DNA from: Eledone cirrhosa
Lineage: Eukaryota
Length of the DNA stretch: 64,000 nucleotides
Assembly: GCA_964016885.1 (NCBI GenBank)
Contig: OZ024743.1
Coordinates: forward strand, 374,790,001-374,854,000
Direction of reading: 5' to 3'
Part shown: in pieces, positions 1 through 12,817 of the stretch
Position numbering within the stretch: position 1 is the stretch's first letter
Layout of the letters: each line of letters begins with the position of its first letter
Program-made: the position numbers and the translations under genes
Notes under the pieces: generated by a model
What the model was told of the DNA's origin: nothing
Seen by the model: the letters and a program-made list of their open reading frames with translations, nothing else
Database searches by the model: none

Positions 1-54
1 ATTGCTTGGAGTCACCCCCTTCGACTGATGGGGGCGGGGGGGGGGGGGGGGGGG

Positions 55-140
55 TGACTAAATCGACCCAGTACGTGACTGGTACTTTATTTTATCGACC
101 CGTAAGGATGAAACGCAAAGTTAACGTCACGCAGGTTTGG
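55..140 (-). mobile_element. tRNA-derived SINE, partial copy
   Basis: Reverse complement of the SINE core (ctttgcgtttcatccttacgggtcgataaaataaagtaccag) shared with the copies at 2243 and 60961. Confidence 0.75.
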
Positions 141-737
141 TTGGCTATTGAATCATTTTTACCTTGCGATGGTTTAACTCTCAGAAGATACTGAAGGGTG
201 GGTTTTGTTATAATGGAGTTTTTCTAAATGCTAATTCCATAGATTTTGTTAAATGAAAGAATAAAAACCACAATATCCAAATCTTTAATAAGTAGCTTGC
301 TCTAGCAGAATTCAAATATGAATCTTGTCTCTAAGTTTATTGACATCCTTCTCACCAATGTGTTTTTTCATTACATTCGTATCGACTAAACTTGTTGCAG
401 CCAATAACTACCTTGTCTGAGAGCAGAAGGCCAGCACCATTGTAATGAAGACATGAAAAAGAAATGGCGGCCACTGAAGTGACTAATGTATTTTGACACA
501 ACTGTTTATTTACGGCCATTGTTGCTTACTGTGAATCAATCAAATATATAGCAAATGAAGCGAATATATCGAAGAATTATTCATTTGGTGCGAAACAATA
601 ACAGGACAGTCTCATCTAACTAAAGACATTTAAGAAGGCAACATATACATAGTTATAGCTACGTCAATAATGATATGGATTTGGTATACCAATAGAAACA
701 ATCGATGTTTTCTTCAGTGTGACGTCAATATCCTTCT

Positions 738-799
<62 letters not shown>

Positions 800-1811
800 A
801 CTCTCTCTCTTTCTATTTCTATCTATCTATCTCTCTCTCTCTCTCTCAGGTTCGGTAAAAAAAATCTTCGATAGAAACATGCAAATATTAATGAGTCACA
901 TGATTGCATAGACGATCACCCTTTTGAAGGAACTGCCTTCGTTGTTGCTTACGCCCAACACCACCGTCCTACCTCTGGGGTCTCGGAAACTCTTCTGTAT
1001 CTCTAGTTCTAACGGTGCCAATTCGTCACAGGAAAGGGCCGCACAGGAAAGGGTGATGTTTGCCTCAAAACCTGTCTCCTGGTGACAATTATCTGATTAA
1101 TGTTGACAAAAGTCCAGCTTAAAATCTCGTAATACTATATTATATTATAGACATCTTATGCGCTGTGAAAACTTTGTTAAACTCAAAATGGAAAATGGGA
1201 TGCGTTTTTGTTTTAATATTTAGTCATTGAGGGAAGGGCAGCACCCATAGCCGTTTCCAGGGCCTTCAAGATTTCTTTTTTGGAAGAACAGGGTGCACCA
1301 TTTTGCAAGCCCTCCAAGACGGATGTGGCTGATGTTATTGATTTTCAATTTGAAATTGTAGCAGGTTGATTCCAACAAGAAAGGCAGATGCAGGCTGAAA
1401 ATTTCTAAGGGGTGACGGCTGGAGAGTTGGAACAAATATGGATGCTGGGGGAGGGGGAGGAGGAGAGAGGAGTGAGATGACACGAGTGGAGATGGCACGA
1501 GTTCAGCAAGGTCCGAGGAACCAAGGTCATGGAAGTAGCGATAGAAAAGACTGGTGAGAAGGAAGGTGGTGTCTTGAAACGGGAGACCTGATCCGAAAGC
1601 TTACTACAGAGTGGACTCCACTAAAGGTACCCAAGAGATAGGTGGTTGTAACATACCGAGTAATGGATTAAATCCACTACATAAATGCTACGAAGGTGTC
1701 CTATATCCAACCTATATTAGAAAAAAACTGTTGTTATTCAAAGCACGGAGGTTATATTTTAGAAGTGGGGTACACAAATAAGGGATTTATTTTATTATCA
1801 ATCCTTATAAT

Positions 1812-1909
1812 TGTTTCTACTTTAGGCACAAGGCCAGCAATTACCCAGTGCATTACTGGTACTTTATTTTATCGACCCCGTAAGGATGAAAGGCAAAGTC
1901 AACCTCGGC
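1812..1909 (-). mobile_element. 5'-truncated SINE with 11-bp target-site duplication
   Basis: SINE core and tail; atccttataat repeated at 1801-1811 and 1910-1920. Confidence 0.85.
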
Positions 1910-2115
1910 ATCCTTATAATGTTACAAAGCCAGACATTTGAAATCAAACGATATGATCAATTAAATTCACAGCCGTATATAATTAGTGCAAGTCAGAGTA
2001 AGTTTTATCATCATCATCATCATCACCATCATCATCATTATCATCATCACCATCATCATCATCATCATCCCCATCACCATCATCATCATTATCATTATTG
2101 TATCAGTAGAACGTG

Positions 2116-2242
2116 GTTAGCTTTGCCTTTCATCCGTACGAGGTTGATAAAATAAAGTACCAGTAATGCACTGTATTCGATGTAATCGACTTTTCCCACC
2201 CCAAATATTGTTGGCCTTGTGCCTATAGTAGAAATTATTATT
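2116..2242 (+). mobile_element. 5'-truncated SINE
   Basis: gttagctttgcctttcatccgtacgaggttgataaaataaagtaccag...ggccttgtgcctatagtagaaattatt. Confidence 0.8.
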
Positions 2243-2440
2243 TTGGCAGTATCGGTAGAGGGTCGGACGCCATGCTTTGCTGCATAGAGTTACGGCCCTT
2301 GCCATTCTGAGTTCAAATTCCGCCGAGGTTAACTTTGTTTTCATCCTTAATGTGGTAGATGAAATAAAGTACCAGTAATGCACTGATTAATTGCTGGCCT
2401 TGTGCCAAAAGTAGAAACAATTATTATTATTATTATTATT
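2243..2440 (+). mobile_element. Full-length tRNA-derived SINE
   Basis: Pol III A box (tggcagtatcgg), B box (gagttcaaatt), conserved core, 3' end ccttgtgccaaaagtagaaaca followed by (att)n. Confidence 0.9.
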
Positions 2441-2727
2441 GTTGTTGTTGTGGTTATCAGTATCTATTTATTTCAAATATAATTAATATTTTAATATTTT
2501 ACATATTTGCTATCGTTCCAGAGTCCCAGAGATACAGATATAGGAATCACAAGTGTAAGTAATACACATTCACTGCCGAAACTATTATTGTTCTACGTTG
2601 CATGTTTAGTGATTGTAATTGCTGGAAATGGCAGCTACATTCCTGTTAGGCGGCTGAGGAAGGTTATAGAAAGTTTTCGTTCACCTTCGACTTGTAACAT
2701 CCTTTTCTCTAGTGCATAACATCTCTT

Positions 2728-2799
<72 letters not shown>

Positions 2800-2851
2800 C
2801 ATACATACATATATACATCCATGTATATATATATATATATACATGGATCTA

Positions 2852-2892
<41 letters not shown>

Positions 2893-2896
<4 letters not shown>

Positions 2897-3138
2897 CGAA
2901 GGAAATGTGGTAAGGAACCAGGTGCACCATAATGCACCAAAGTACTCAATACTTAGTGTAGTAGAGTGGGTAATAGGAACAAGTAAGACCCCGACGGCTG
3001 AGCTCAAGCCGTAATCCTCTCCCTCTATTTTGATAATAGACTCCAGTATGGCCTTGTACCTGTGAAGTGGAGACAAGCATTACGTTACATTAGCCGTCGA
3101 AACGGCTTGAGCTCAGCCGTCGGGGTCTTACTTGTTCC

Positions 3139-3141
<3 letters not shown>
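2893..3141. mobile_element. Fold-back PLE-derived element, family B (HHR 3' half plus tail)
   Basis: Inverted arms ataggaac...gctcaagccgt / acggcttgagc...gttcctat; GAAAcggct..agccgTC motif; in (TA)n; same family at 13804, 35690, 36372, 38777. Confidence 0.75.
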
Positions 3142-3171
<30 letters not shown>

Positions 3172-3175
3172 ATGG

Positions 3176-3215
<40 letters not shown>

Positions 3216-3343
3216 AAAGTTCTATTTAAAATTGTTGGGATACAACAAGTAAATATTTTTATAACTGATATAAAGCACTCGACAAGTATTTGGAGTAGAT
3301 ATACGATATTAATAAATGGAAACTATATTTATAAAACCATATT

Positions 3344-3408
3344 TATTTCATTATACATATTTCAGGGATACCAAATTAAATTATGGTATGCCTTCATCAG
3401 ACAAAATA
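3344..3408 (-). ncRNA. Minimal type-I hammerhead ribozyme (mirror copy)
   Basis: Reverse complement of the 3557-3621 motif; tcatcag at 3394-3400. Confidence 0.7.
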
Positions 3409-3556
3409 CACTATATAACAGTTTTATAAATAAGCTTTGACGTACCCTTTTAAAATGCAACCATTATTTTTGGAAGCCATCCAGATGGCTTCCAAAAATA
3501 ATGGTTGCATTTTAAAAGGGTACGTCAAAGCTTATTTGTAAAACTGTTATATAGTG

Positions 3557-3621
3557 TATTTTGTCTGATGAAGGCATACCATAATTTAATTTGGTATCCC
3601 TGAAATATGTATAATGAAATA
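3557..3621 (+). ncRNA. Minimal type-I hammerhead ribozyme
   Basis: tattttgt-CTGATGA(3565-3571)-aggcatacca..tggtatccct-GAAA(3602-3605)-tatgta-TA-atgaaata; stems I and II pair. Confidence 0.75.
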
Positions 3622-3661
3622 AATATGGTTTTATAAATATAGTTTCCATTTATTAATATCG

Positions 3662-3693
<32 letters not shown>

Positions 3694-3781
3694 TGTATAT
3701 ATATATACATGGATATTATATATATATATGTATAGGGTTATGATTTGGTATATATATATATATAAATATATATTTATTTAT

Positions 3782-4384
3782 AAACGAAAAATCAGTGATG
3801 CATCTGAACTCAATTTATTGTGTTACAATTGTTTCCCCGGCGGACAGCTCGCGACACGATTATTGTGTGGATCTGTCTGATTCTGGACCCGCAGGTTCGA
3901 CGGACACGTCTAATGATTTCGGAGCATATTCTTTCACTGTGTATCTGACCCTATGGGCAGTACCGTCAAAAACTTCATCCTCTTCGCACGTTCAGTGATT
4001 GGCCGCTGGTTGTCTACATTGAAGTGTAGCAGACATGGACAGCGGACTGGTACCTGTGGTCAGAATTATGATGACGTAGACAACCAGCGGCCAATCACTG
4101 GACGCGCGAAGTAGATGAAGTTCTTGACGGTTCTGGCCCAAAGGGTCTGATACCCCAGTGAGAGAATATGCTCCGAAATCATTAGTCGTGTCCGCCGAAC
4201 CTGCGGGTCCAGAATCACAATGATCACGTCTCGAGCTGTCCGCCGGCGAAACAATTGTAACACACAATAAATTGAGTTGATATGCATCACTGATTTTTCG
4301 TTTTATATTATATCATACTCTGCTCTGTAAGAGCATAGAGTGCTCAACCGGCATACCGCCTATGGAAGCATCTTAGCTACCATC
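3782..4384. mobile_element. Diverged palindromic element with HHR 3' half and tail
   Basis: Imperfect inverted repeat ~3782-4018 / 4076-4304; ggc-GAAA-caattg-TA at 4245-4259; tail hairpin actct..agagtgct at 4317-4344. Confidence 0.7.
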
Positions 4385-4432
4385 ACACACACACACACGC
4401 ACACACACACACGCACACACACACACACACAC

Positions 4433-4480
<48 letters not shown>

Positions 4481-4486
4481 ACACAG

Positions 4487-4531
<45 letters not shown>

Positions 4532-4532
<1 letters not shown>

Positions 4533-4893
4533 TTTCGTTTCTGAATTTGTTTAGCAAGATTCTTTATCTGAAAACGTGTGTTGAAACCGATATTGTTATA
4601 CTTTGGGAGGGTCATGTTGCCAATAAGAAACACACGCACCAGTTGCTTTCACTTCAATTTATTATAATAAATTTATAAATTTAGGAATTTATAAATTTCC
4701 GGTTGGTTGGTTCCACAACCAGATGATTGTTTATATATTGTCAAAGTTCTTTCGTCACACATTCTGTGACCTCTTCAGTGACTGGGGATTCTTTTCTTTT
4801 CTTTGTTTTTTATGCCTCTCCTTTGTTCAGTCCTACGCCATCTTGTTTTTGTGTGTGTTGTGTGCTAAGTTTGCGCATGTGTTACATCCGGAT
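4532..4893 (+). repeat. Dispersed ~360-bp repeat of unknown class (second copy 41016-41375, inverted)
   Basis: Near-identical sequence at two loci; both copies start at a (TA)n run. Confidence 0.8.
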
Positions 4894-5016
4894 GTCTGTG
4901 TGTGTTTATATTTGTTTATTTATTTGTTTATTTACATGTTACTGGTTGGTTGTTTTTTCTTTTCTTTTCTTATTAAAATGGATGTTAAAATCAATACATA
5001 TATATTCTATTTTCAG

Positions 5017-5193
5017 GACGATGCAGCCGACAATCCTTATACATTGGATAATGACAATGTCACCTTAGATGTCACTGTACCAAACCCTCAAGCCAAACAA
5101 AAAGCGAAGCGAGTTGACGTCATATCACGTGTTGTCTTCCCAGCACTTTTTGCAATTTTCCTCATTCCTTATTGGTCGATCTACTTACGTTAG
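5017..5193 (+). CDS. Last coding exon of a Cys-loop ligand-gated chloride channel subunit (GlyR/GluCl/GABA-A-like), TM4
   Basis: Polypyrimidine tract and acceptor ttttcag ending at 5016; peptide ...[29 protein letters not shown] matches the D-x-x-S-R-x-x-F-P...Y-W TM4 signature of anion-selective Cys-loop receptors. Confidence 0.8.
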   Translation, partial: DDAADNPYTLDNDNVTLDVTVPNPQAKQKAKRVDVISRVVFPALFAIFLIPYWSIYLR

Positions 5194-5250
5194 ACAACGA
5201 CCATATCAATACCGTTGACATTCTTCTTACTAATATTATTGTTGTTACAG

Positions 5251-5315
<65 letters not shown>

Positions 5316-5331
5316 TGTTTTCTCACCAAGA

Positions 5332-5408
<77 letters not shown>

Positions 5409-5476
5409 TGCATCAAACACTCATTAAGTCCCTGTACCTTTTCTACATATATAAATAAACTCCATTTGCTAACATG

Positions 5477-5581
<105 letters not shown>

Positions 5582-6139
5582 TTATATACATCTACACACA
5601 CACATATTTGTATGTATACATGTATGTATATATAAATACAGGCATAATGATAACAATACATATTAAAACTATATCTAAGAGATAAATATTCAAACCATTT
5701 AAAGTATAAGTGCAGTTAGTACCTTCTATGTAATCATTCTCTCTAAAAAGGGAAAATGCAAAACAATAATACTTTAAGAAATAGTCATTTCCACTGAATT
5801 GTATAACCTATCTGTAGGGCCGTCGATTGACAAACTATTTATAGCATGCTTTGCGGTATCTATTGCGTATCTTTACGTTCTGTGTTCAAAACATGATAAA
5901 ACATTATACCAATCAAGTACTATATTTTATTTAATAAACTGATGCCCTCAGTCACAACTTTTCTAACCATGTTATCTATATTCAAACCATGATGAGGTCA
6001 CATTTTCTTTTACCATTTTCGATCGATAGAATAAAGTACCACTCAAGTACTGGGTTCAATTTAATCGACTGACCCCCTCATCCCCAATTTTTCTGGTTAC
6101 GTGCCAATGTTCCTGGGCCGATAGATTAATGTACCACTC

Positions 6140-6370
6140 AAAAACATTGGTGCATTTCCATTGACGAGTTCAAATGCGTACGCCAGGGCAAAAAGATCAC
6201 AATCATATGCGCGAACTTGGGGATTAGTAATATGAACTTGTTGAACTGTAGGAATTATGCTTGTTTGTGGTGAGTACAGAATTGTTATTTGTGCTATTAA
6301 TTCATGTGGTACTGGTAAGTTCAAACTGTCATAAATATAAACATCCGAAAAAATTGGTCGACAAAACAAA
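6140..6370 (-). pseudogene. Ulp1/C48-like cysteine protease fragment, probably transposon-derived
   Basis: VYIYDSL...VQQ...YDCDLFALAYAFELVNG resembles the YDS and QQ-DCG-FA motifs of Ulp1; isolated and flanked by SINE remnants. Confidence 0.55.
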
Positions 6371-7022
6371 GTGATTGTTCCTGGTGTGATGAATGAACAG
6401 TGTGTGGTGTAGGTTGTATGTTAGAAATTCCGTGCGAGAAAAAATGGTTAGTTGTATTGGAATTTCAGGGCTCGCTCCACCCACACAATTGTCGGCTTTG
6501 TGCCAAAATTAGAAACTAGTTTATCAGACAAATTTCTTCTGAGTTCAAATCCCACATAGATCATCTCTTCACGCTTCAGAGTTCAACTAAATAAAATACC
6601 AGTCAAGTAGTAGGGTTGATATAATTTATTGCCCTAACACCCACAAAATGTTAGCCTCGTACGTGTATGTATGTGTGGGTATTCTTTGATATGCTTTTTA
6701 TTACGTGACGCACGTTTCTACAATCATCAAGCTCAGAACATATGTCTCAGTATTGACACATTACGTAATAACATCCTCAGAAGTAAGAAGTATAAAAACA
6801 CCGTCTGTTATAAAACCACTGCGCCACAAAGAGGGATGTTTCAGATAATATCCCTCCGTTTGATTTTAAGTTATTCCTCCTTTCTTTATTTTTTCTTCTT
6901 TTTATCCGCCCATCTAATCTTTTAATCTTTTTATTTACCATTAATATTTTTATTTTTGTTTTGAATGTTAGGTATAAATTGATAGTCATTCCCATAAATA
7001 AATACATGTATATATATGATAC

Positions 7023-7056
<34 letters not shown>

Positions 7057-7073
7057 CGTGTGTGTGTGTGTAT

Positions 7074-7125
<52 letters not shown>

Positions 7126-7220
7126 GTATACTAGTAATAAATGGAATATACGTATATCACTATAGCATAATTTATTTCGTTATCTATATTTCAGGGATAC
7201 TAAATATATTATATTATATT

Positions 7221-7330
7221 ATCCCGTCGAGGTTGACTTTGCCTTTCATCCTTACGGGGTCGATAGAATAAAGTACCAGTAATGCACTGAGTAATTGCTG
7301 GCCTTGTGCCCAAAGTAGAAACAATTATAT
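7221..7330 (+). mobile_element. 5'-truncated SINE
   Basis: SINE core and tail ccttgtgcccaaagtagaaacaatt. Confidence 0.85.
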
Positions 7331-7704
7331 TATATTATATTATATTATATTATATTATATTATATTATATCACATTATGTTATATATATATTTCGACAAG
7401 GTGTGGGCACGTGAGTGGACCTTTGTAGATATGCTTGCATGTACCATCATAAAGCTTCATAATTAGTCTTTGAGGTAGCTATAGGAGTCATATCAATTGA
7501 ACATCATACGACATACAATGACGATCGATTGGATAATGAGCGTGTATTACTTCCAGCTGTAATTCCTATTTCTATTCCTATGGGGCTCTGGAACACAGTC
7601 AAAGATATAACAAATACAGTTCGTTAGCCGACCTGTTTATACCAATGATAATTTAAAAGCTGTCATAGAAAAGTGGTAGAGATTTTTCCCTTTGGCACTT
7701 CTTG

Positions 7705-7782
<78 letters not shown>

Positions 7783-7926
7783 ACCTTCTCCTCTCCCTCG
7801 TCTTTGTTGCAAACCTTAAATATTTCTCATAACATTTTCTGCTCTGTGAATCTGTGAAACTTTCATGGTTTACACTACCTCAATAAGACCATATATATAT
7901 ATATGTGTGTCTGTGTGTGTGTATGC

Positions 7927-7984
<58 letters not shown>

Positions 7985-8061
7985 GGTAAACAGAGATAAC
8001 AACTCACATGATACAGTATATGGATGGAATATATTAGTTTAACGTTTGAAATATCAGGAAG

Positions 8062-8105
8062 GGGTCTTAGTTTTCGGACGCTAGTACGTACTTCATCAGA
8101 AGAAA
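8062..8105 (-). ncRNA. Degenerate hammerhead-like motif
   Basis: CTGATGA (tcatcag 8093-8099), imperfect stem II (gtacg/cgtcc), GAAA; stems I and III weak. Confidence 0.35.
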
Positions 8106-8145
8106 GAATGAGAAATTAGAAAGATTGAAGGGAGAGGGAGGGAGG

Positions 8146-8260
<115 letters not shown>

Positions 8261-8316
8261 TGTGTGTGTGAGTGTGTGTGCGTGTGAGAGAGTAAGAGAT
8301 AGATAGACAGATAGAC

Positions 8317-8383
<67 letters not shown>

Positions 8384-8384
8384 C

Positions 8385-8444
<60 letters not shown>

Positions 8445-8606
8445 CAGTATGTGGTTGACTGATGGGATGAAAGAGTACTCAATAGCGAAGTAGAGTTATA
8501 ATATTCATTTTATTAAGCCTAAATAATGAGTTTTTTACTCTAGAGTTTCACCCATTTATCCAGGTGAAACTCCAGAATAGCAAGACTTACTATTTAGCCT
8601 TAATAT
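8445..8606. mobile_element. Small fold-back element centred on an HHR stem II, with tail
   Basis: tttc-acc-loop-ggt-gaaa at 8546-8569; minus strand GAAA-ctctagag-TA; tail hairpin at 8475-8496. Confidence 0.65.
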
Positions 8607-8842
8607 GCGTCTGTCTACAGCATTTAACTCTCAAGCCATTGGCCAATCCGTGGAAGGCAAGCAATACGACTGAACTCGTAATGCCACAATTGCGAGCAGA
8701 TAACCACTCTAGTCTATATTTCAAATAGTGGAAGACGTTGGAAAACTGTTGCACAGTTGATGTCATGACAGAATTATGAAAGGAAATGTCATTTATCTAA
8801 CAATTCTTGTTATCTCTATATAATCGTTCATTCCGCTAATTT

Positions 8843-8929
<87 letters not shown>

Positions 8930-9108
8930 ATCTATATATATATATATATACAAATATATACACAAACCCACCCATATATAAATGTTTGTGTACTATATAT
9001 ATGTATATATATGTATATAAATAATATATATATATACATATATTTATATCTACATATATATATATATGTATATAAATAATATATATATATACATATATAT
9101 ATACATCT

Positions 9109-9223
<115 letters not shown>

Positions 9224-9320
9224 CATATATATATATACTTATACATTTACTTATACATATACATATACTTATACATATACATATATATTTATTTATATAT
9301 TTATATATATATATATATAT

Positions 9321-10803
9321 CCCGCAAAGATATAAGAAAACTACTACTCGAAATAGGACTAACTATAACATATGAATACAACCTTAAAGTAGTTAACTTC
9401 CTGGATGTCACACTCAATTTAAACTCTGGTCTGATTAAACCGTTTCATAAATTGAATGAAAATCTCAAGTACGTAAATGTTGGGTCTAACCACCCCATCT
9501 CTATAATTAAATCTATCCCTAAAAATATTTCCCTTAGAATCTCGGGTCTATCTTCTAACACAAGTATTTAAGGAACACGCCGAGTACTACGATAACGCCC
9601 TTAGTAAAGCAGGCTACCTCAACAAAATAGAGTATATAGATGAGAACAATCAAAACACCCAAAATAAATCCCACATAGGTAGATATAATAACACAACACC
9701 AAACCACACTTACTACCATAGTATACACACCAGTAAACCAACAAACAAAACTAATAGAAAGCGATGCAAAGAGTACTTATGGTATAACCCCGAATACAAT
9801 AGTTCCATTAGTACAAATTTACCAGTACTCTTCTTTAAAATAATTAAGAGACATTTTCCTACATCACACAAATACCACAAAATCCTAAACCCTACCACTA
9901 TAAGACTGTCATACTCTACAGCGTTAAACCTTGAACAACACATAAAAAAGATCAATACTAGAAGGTTAAACGAAAACACTAAAAACTTAAGTACAAAGAA
10001 CACAAAAAAAACAGTAAACAATACACTACAGAACATAAATAAACCACACCTAAGTTCGTCCGCAATACTACTCCAGAGAAAACCCAACGTACACAACTGT
10101 AACTGCACCTATCCTAACAACTGCCCCCTCGGCAATAACTGCCTGGAAAAAAATATTATTTATAAGTGTACCATTAAATCCGGAGGCAACGAGTGGTATT
10201 ACGTGGGATCAACGGCAACATCGTTTAAATCTCGATTATATAGGCATTCTTACTCAATAAAACACCAGAGCCAAAGAAATGTAACAACTTTAGCAGAAAA
10301 AGCTTGGACGCTCAGGGATAGCGATCAAAAGTTTACCCTAAAATGGGAGAAATTAGCTAAAACCCAAAGCTTTTCCAGGAGCCAAAATTTCTGCAAATTG
10401 TGTAATTTGAGATCTATTACATAATCACACACAAGAGGAAATTGCTGAATAACAGAATTGAACGAACATTATTCTGCCGTCACCGAACTAAAACCCTTTT
10501 TTCCCACTACAAGCTGAATATTACATAAAAGAGGGACATCCCCCCAACTATATAAACCTCAATCTAGTTAGAAAAATATAAAAACAATCTCTTCTCAACA
10601 TATATATGTATATTAATAACCTTAAATTACCACACTAATAATGGAAAGATATGGTGATGAGAATAGGTGCAAATATGTTACAATGAATGTGTCTAAAAGC
10701 GACCATAAGTATGTATATATATGTGAAAATGTATATAAATAAGTAAATATATATATATGTTTGATGTGTATAGTTAGATGTAAGTGCATTCATGTATTAA
10801 AGT

Positions 10804-10882
<79 letters not shown>

Positions 10883-11552
10883 GACTGGAGTATGTGTGTA
10901 TATATGTGTGTGTCTATACGTGTGTATATAAAGATAAGTTGAGTATGAAAATGTATACACATGAACGCGTATGTATGTACATGTATATATGTGTATATAT
11001 ATATGTATGCATGTGTATATGTATGTAAGTATGAGCATGTAAGTATGTGTATGTGAGTATATGTATTTTGTAGAGGTGTGCATATATGTTTGTGTGTGAA
11101 TGCGTGGGCGAAAGGATACGTACACTTGAAAGAAAAATTTAAGTCTGAATGTTAATTAAGTGCAAACACAAAACCAACCACGCATATCCTTACTATCTCT
11201 AATCCTTCTATAGATTTAGAAAAATAACCAATAATATATTCTATAAAAATGTCAAAACAACAGATGGGAATCTAATTACTCACTGCCACCAAAAATTCTC
11301 ACTGCTATCAAAAAACCACTCCCTCAACTATTCTTCTAACAACTTCACCCCTCCCTCCTAATATTCTCTATAAAAACCAAACAGGTCCTCAGTAAAATTA
11401 TTCCGATGAAATGACAGTTGATAATAACATTGAAATATTGAATGTCTGCATAACTAATACTTTGTAGATAGCAGCTGTTTTCAGGTCATGTAACTGTTAT
11501 AGAAACACGTGTCAATAAATTCCTTTTAACTAAACTGTATCCATTAAAATCC

Positions 11553-11556
<4 letters not shown>
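9321..11556 (+). mobile_element. 5'-truncated, frameshifted Penelope-like element (Naiad-type), RT thumb plus GIY-YIG endonuclease
   Basis: Translates to NFLDVTL..SNHP, LWYNPEY..HFP..RLSYS, CNCTYPNNCPLGNNC (CxCx5Cx5C), IIYKC..YYVGST..SFKSRLYRH, CKLC..LLNNRIE..CRH; stop at 10526-10528; downstream HHR at 11398-11518; flanked by (TA)n. The link across the microsatellites of the 3' UTR is inferred. Confidence 0.85.
11398..11518 (+). ncRNA. Hammerhead ribozyme motif in the PLE 3' region (core variant CCGATGA)
   Basis: ttatt-CCGATGA(11403-11409)-aatgacagtt...aactgttata-GAAA(11502-11505)-cacgtg-TC-aataa. Confidence 0.7.
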
Positions 11557-11607
<51 letters not shown>

Positions 11608-11880
11608 TGTGTTGTATATAAGCAATGTATATACAACGACTACAAACCGATGGTTCTGACAGTTGAAGAAGTCTAATTGTTGTTCGAACAAGGAGATGTC
11701 TAATTGTTGCAAATTGACAGTTTATCGACTTGAGAGGGTGGACTGTCATACATAGACACACACACACAAACACACACACACTTGGACGCACACACGCAGG
11801 CACGCACATGGAGACACGCGTGCACACATACCCTCACAGACGCATATATATGTGTGCTTGTATGCATATATATGTTTATG

Positions 11881-11961
<81 letters not shown>

Positions 11962-12017
11962 GTTTATATATATATGTCTATATATATACGTTTATATGTA
12001 TATATATGTTTATATAT

Positions 12018-12073
<56 letters not shown>

Positions 12074-12216
12074 GTGTGTATGACGTAATAGACGTTGTGT
12101 CAATTTCTCTTATATCTTCTATCGTTTTGTACAAAAATAATAAATGAGTTAGTGCGAGTGAGAAAAATAGATATAGAAAAATATCCAGAGAAATAGAAAA
12201 GCTGGAATTAAAATCC

Positions 12217-12323
12217 TTGTTTCTACTTTAGGCACAAGGCCAGCAATTACCCAGTGCATTACTGGTACTTTATTTTATCGACCCCGTAAGGATGAAAAGC
12301 AAAGTCAACCTCGGCGGGATTTG
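12217..12323 (-). mobile_element. 5'-truncated SINE with 16-bp target-site duplication
   Basis: SINE core; aagctggaattaaaat at 12199-12214 and 12324-12339. Confidence 0.85.
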
Positions 12324-12416
12324 AAGCTGGAATTAAAATACTGAATCACAATCGCAATCTGACGCAAACACATGGCAATAATCAACAACGTAGATATAAC
12401 TACTGTGGTATGGTGC

Positions 12417-12487
<71 letters not shown>

Positions 12488-12712
12488 TATCGAGAATCGC
12501 ATTTCGGCCCACGAAATAACGAAAAGCAACCTTCGAGATGTGTGGCAAGTGCTCAATAATTCAGATGAACCAGAGCTATAACAAATGTTGAAGGCCAAAC
12601 ACACTGAGACGATGGTTAAACAATCATCCGCACAGCCAAAAAAAAAAAACAATTAAGTAATTCGGGTCAAACAAATAAAAATATATGTGATATATATATA
12701 TATATATACACC

Positions 12713-12765
<53 letters not shown>

Positions 12766-12817
12766 CTATATATATATGGCTCTTTCTCTCTAGATATATA
12801 CATATATATATATATAT

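Larger units (their letters stand above)
3225..3666. mobile_element. Palindromic hammerhead-bearing element, family A
   Basis: Near-perfect inverted repeat ~3299-3481 / 3484-3666 with a 2-nt loop; extra tail on the left; flanked by (TA)n. Confidence 0.85.

Noticed and set aside
1220-1600. Minus-strand ORF as a PLE N-terminal remnant or host exon
   Set aside because: Only a vague resemblance; no diagnostic motif that I can defend.
2243-2330. tRNA gene
   Set aside because: A and B boxes are present, but there is no convincing cloverleaf and the sequence continues into a multi-copy core and (ATT)n tail, so it is a SINE head.
3299-3666. Palindromes as assembly or amplification chimeras
   Set aside because: Most arms have diverged from each other, ends fall at the same position in independent copies, and HHR stems covary. 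Long reads would still be needed to confirm the most perfect ones.
4723-5016. N-terminal 98 codons of the 156-aa ORF
   Set aside because: It lies in a dispersed repeat and intron upstream of a clear splice acceptor; only 5017-5193 resembles a protein.
10090-10530. Selenocysteine (UGA) recoding as reported for some Naiad elements
   Set aside because: The conserved Cys positions use TGT/TGC; the reading-frame breaks are frameshifts, not in-frame TGA.
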